NCBI GenBank assembly: GCA_018669975.1
Contig: JABHSK010000007.1
Location: forward strand, 128,390 to 192,389
Direction of reading: 5' to 3'
DNA: 64,000 nt
DNA from: Candidatus Parcubacteria bacterium
GTDB lineage: Bacteria > Patescibacteriota > Patescibacteriia > UBA1558 > GWA2-36-10
Positions 63,809 through 64,000 of this stretch are shown in pieces; positions within the stretch are counted from its first letter, which is position 1, and every line of letters begins with the position of its first letter. A program made the position numbers and the translations under genes. The notes beneath the pieces were generated by a model that was not told the origin of the DNA, searched no databases, and was given only the letters and a program-made list of their open reading frames with translations.

Positions 63809-64000
63809 AATAAAAAATAAATTATAAATTCTCTCTTAACTTTGCTAATTTTTTTTGCTCTACTTCATTAATAAAATCATTGATGATTTTTGACTGCTCT
63901 TTTTTGAGTGCATTAAGCCTAACTATATATTCATCATAGATATTTTGTAGCTGTTCTTGTTGATCTTTTTCGGGCATAGTTTATTTTAATAATTTTTTTA

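Noticed and set aside
1-64000. CRISPR arrays, transposase/IS elements, prophage structural genes
   Set aside because: No spaced direct repeats and no terminal inverted repeats with a transposase were found. There are no capsid, tail or terminase-like ORFs. The only recombinase is the Xer-type gene at 23275..24231.

Overview
This window reads as a very low-GC (about 33%), compact, reduced genome. The backbone is housekeeping: the end of a division/cell-wall cluster (partial ftsW, murG, murC, murB), an infA-rpmJ-rpsM-rpsK-rpsD-rpoA-rplQ-rplM-rpsI ribosomal/RNA polymerase operon, a seven-gene surface-glycan island, several aminoacyl-tRNA synthetases (lysS, serS, gltX, a compact alaS), alr, an FtsQ-like protein, a Xer-type recombinase, def-fmt, secA, hpf, two NUDIX hydrolases, pyrD, chorismate mutase, and a csoR-copA copper-homeostasis locus. 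Placement in the Patescibacteria/CPR is inference from gene content, the short RpoA, the compact AlaRS and the near-absence of Shine-Dalgarno sites; it is not a database result. Several compositionally distinct, GC-richer (about 45-50%) cassettes interrupt this backbone. Each cassette is its own transcription unit with a near-consensus TTGACA-N17-TATAAT promoter, often an operator-like inverted repeat, a strong AAAGGAG Shine-Dalgarno site and a hairpin terminator, which is moron-like architecture. Native genes mostly lack a Shine-Dalgarno site. The cassettes encode small membrane proteins, orphan proteins, a small alarmone hydrolase (HD domain), a PspC-domain mini-protein, an isochorismatase-like hydrolase, a zinc-ribbon membrane protein, and several structured non-coding RNAs. 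One of those RNAs resembles the L1-stalk region of 23S rRNA. The densest array is 51.6-54.9 kb; smaller ones sit at 15.9-16.7, 24.2-26.5, 36.7-38.2, 39.0-39.4, 44.6-44.8, 50.7-51.2 and 61.4-61.7 kb. I found no CRISPR array, no tRNA and no intact rRNA. Start coordinates for promoters, terminators and small ORFs were counted by hand from the printed sequence and may be off by a few bases.
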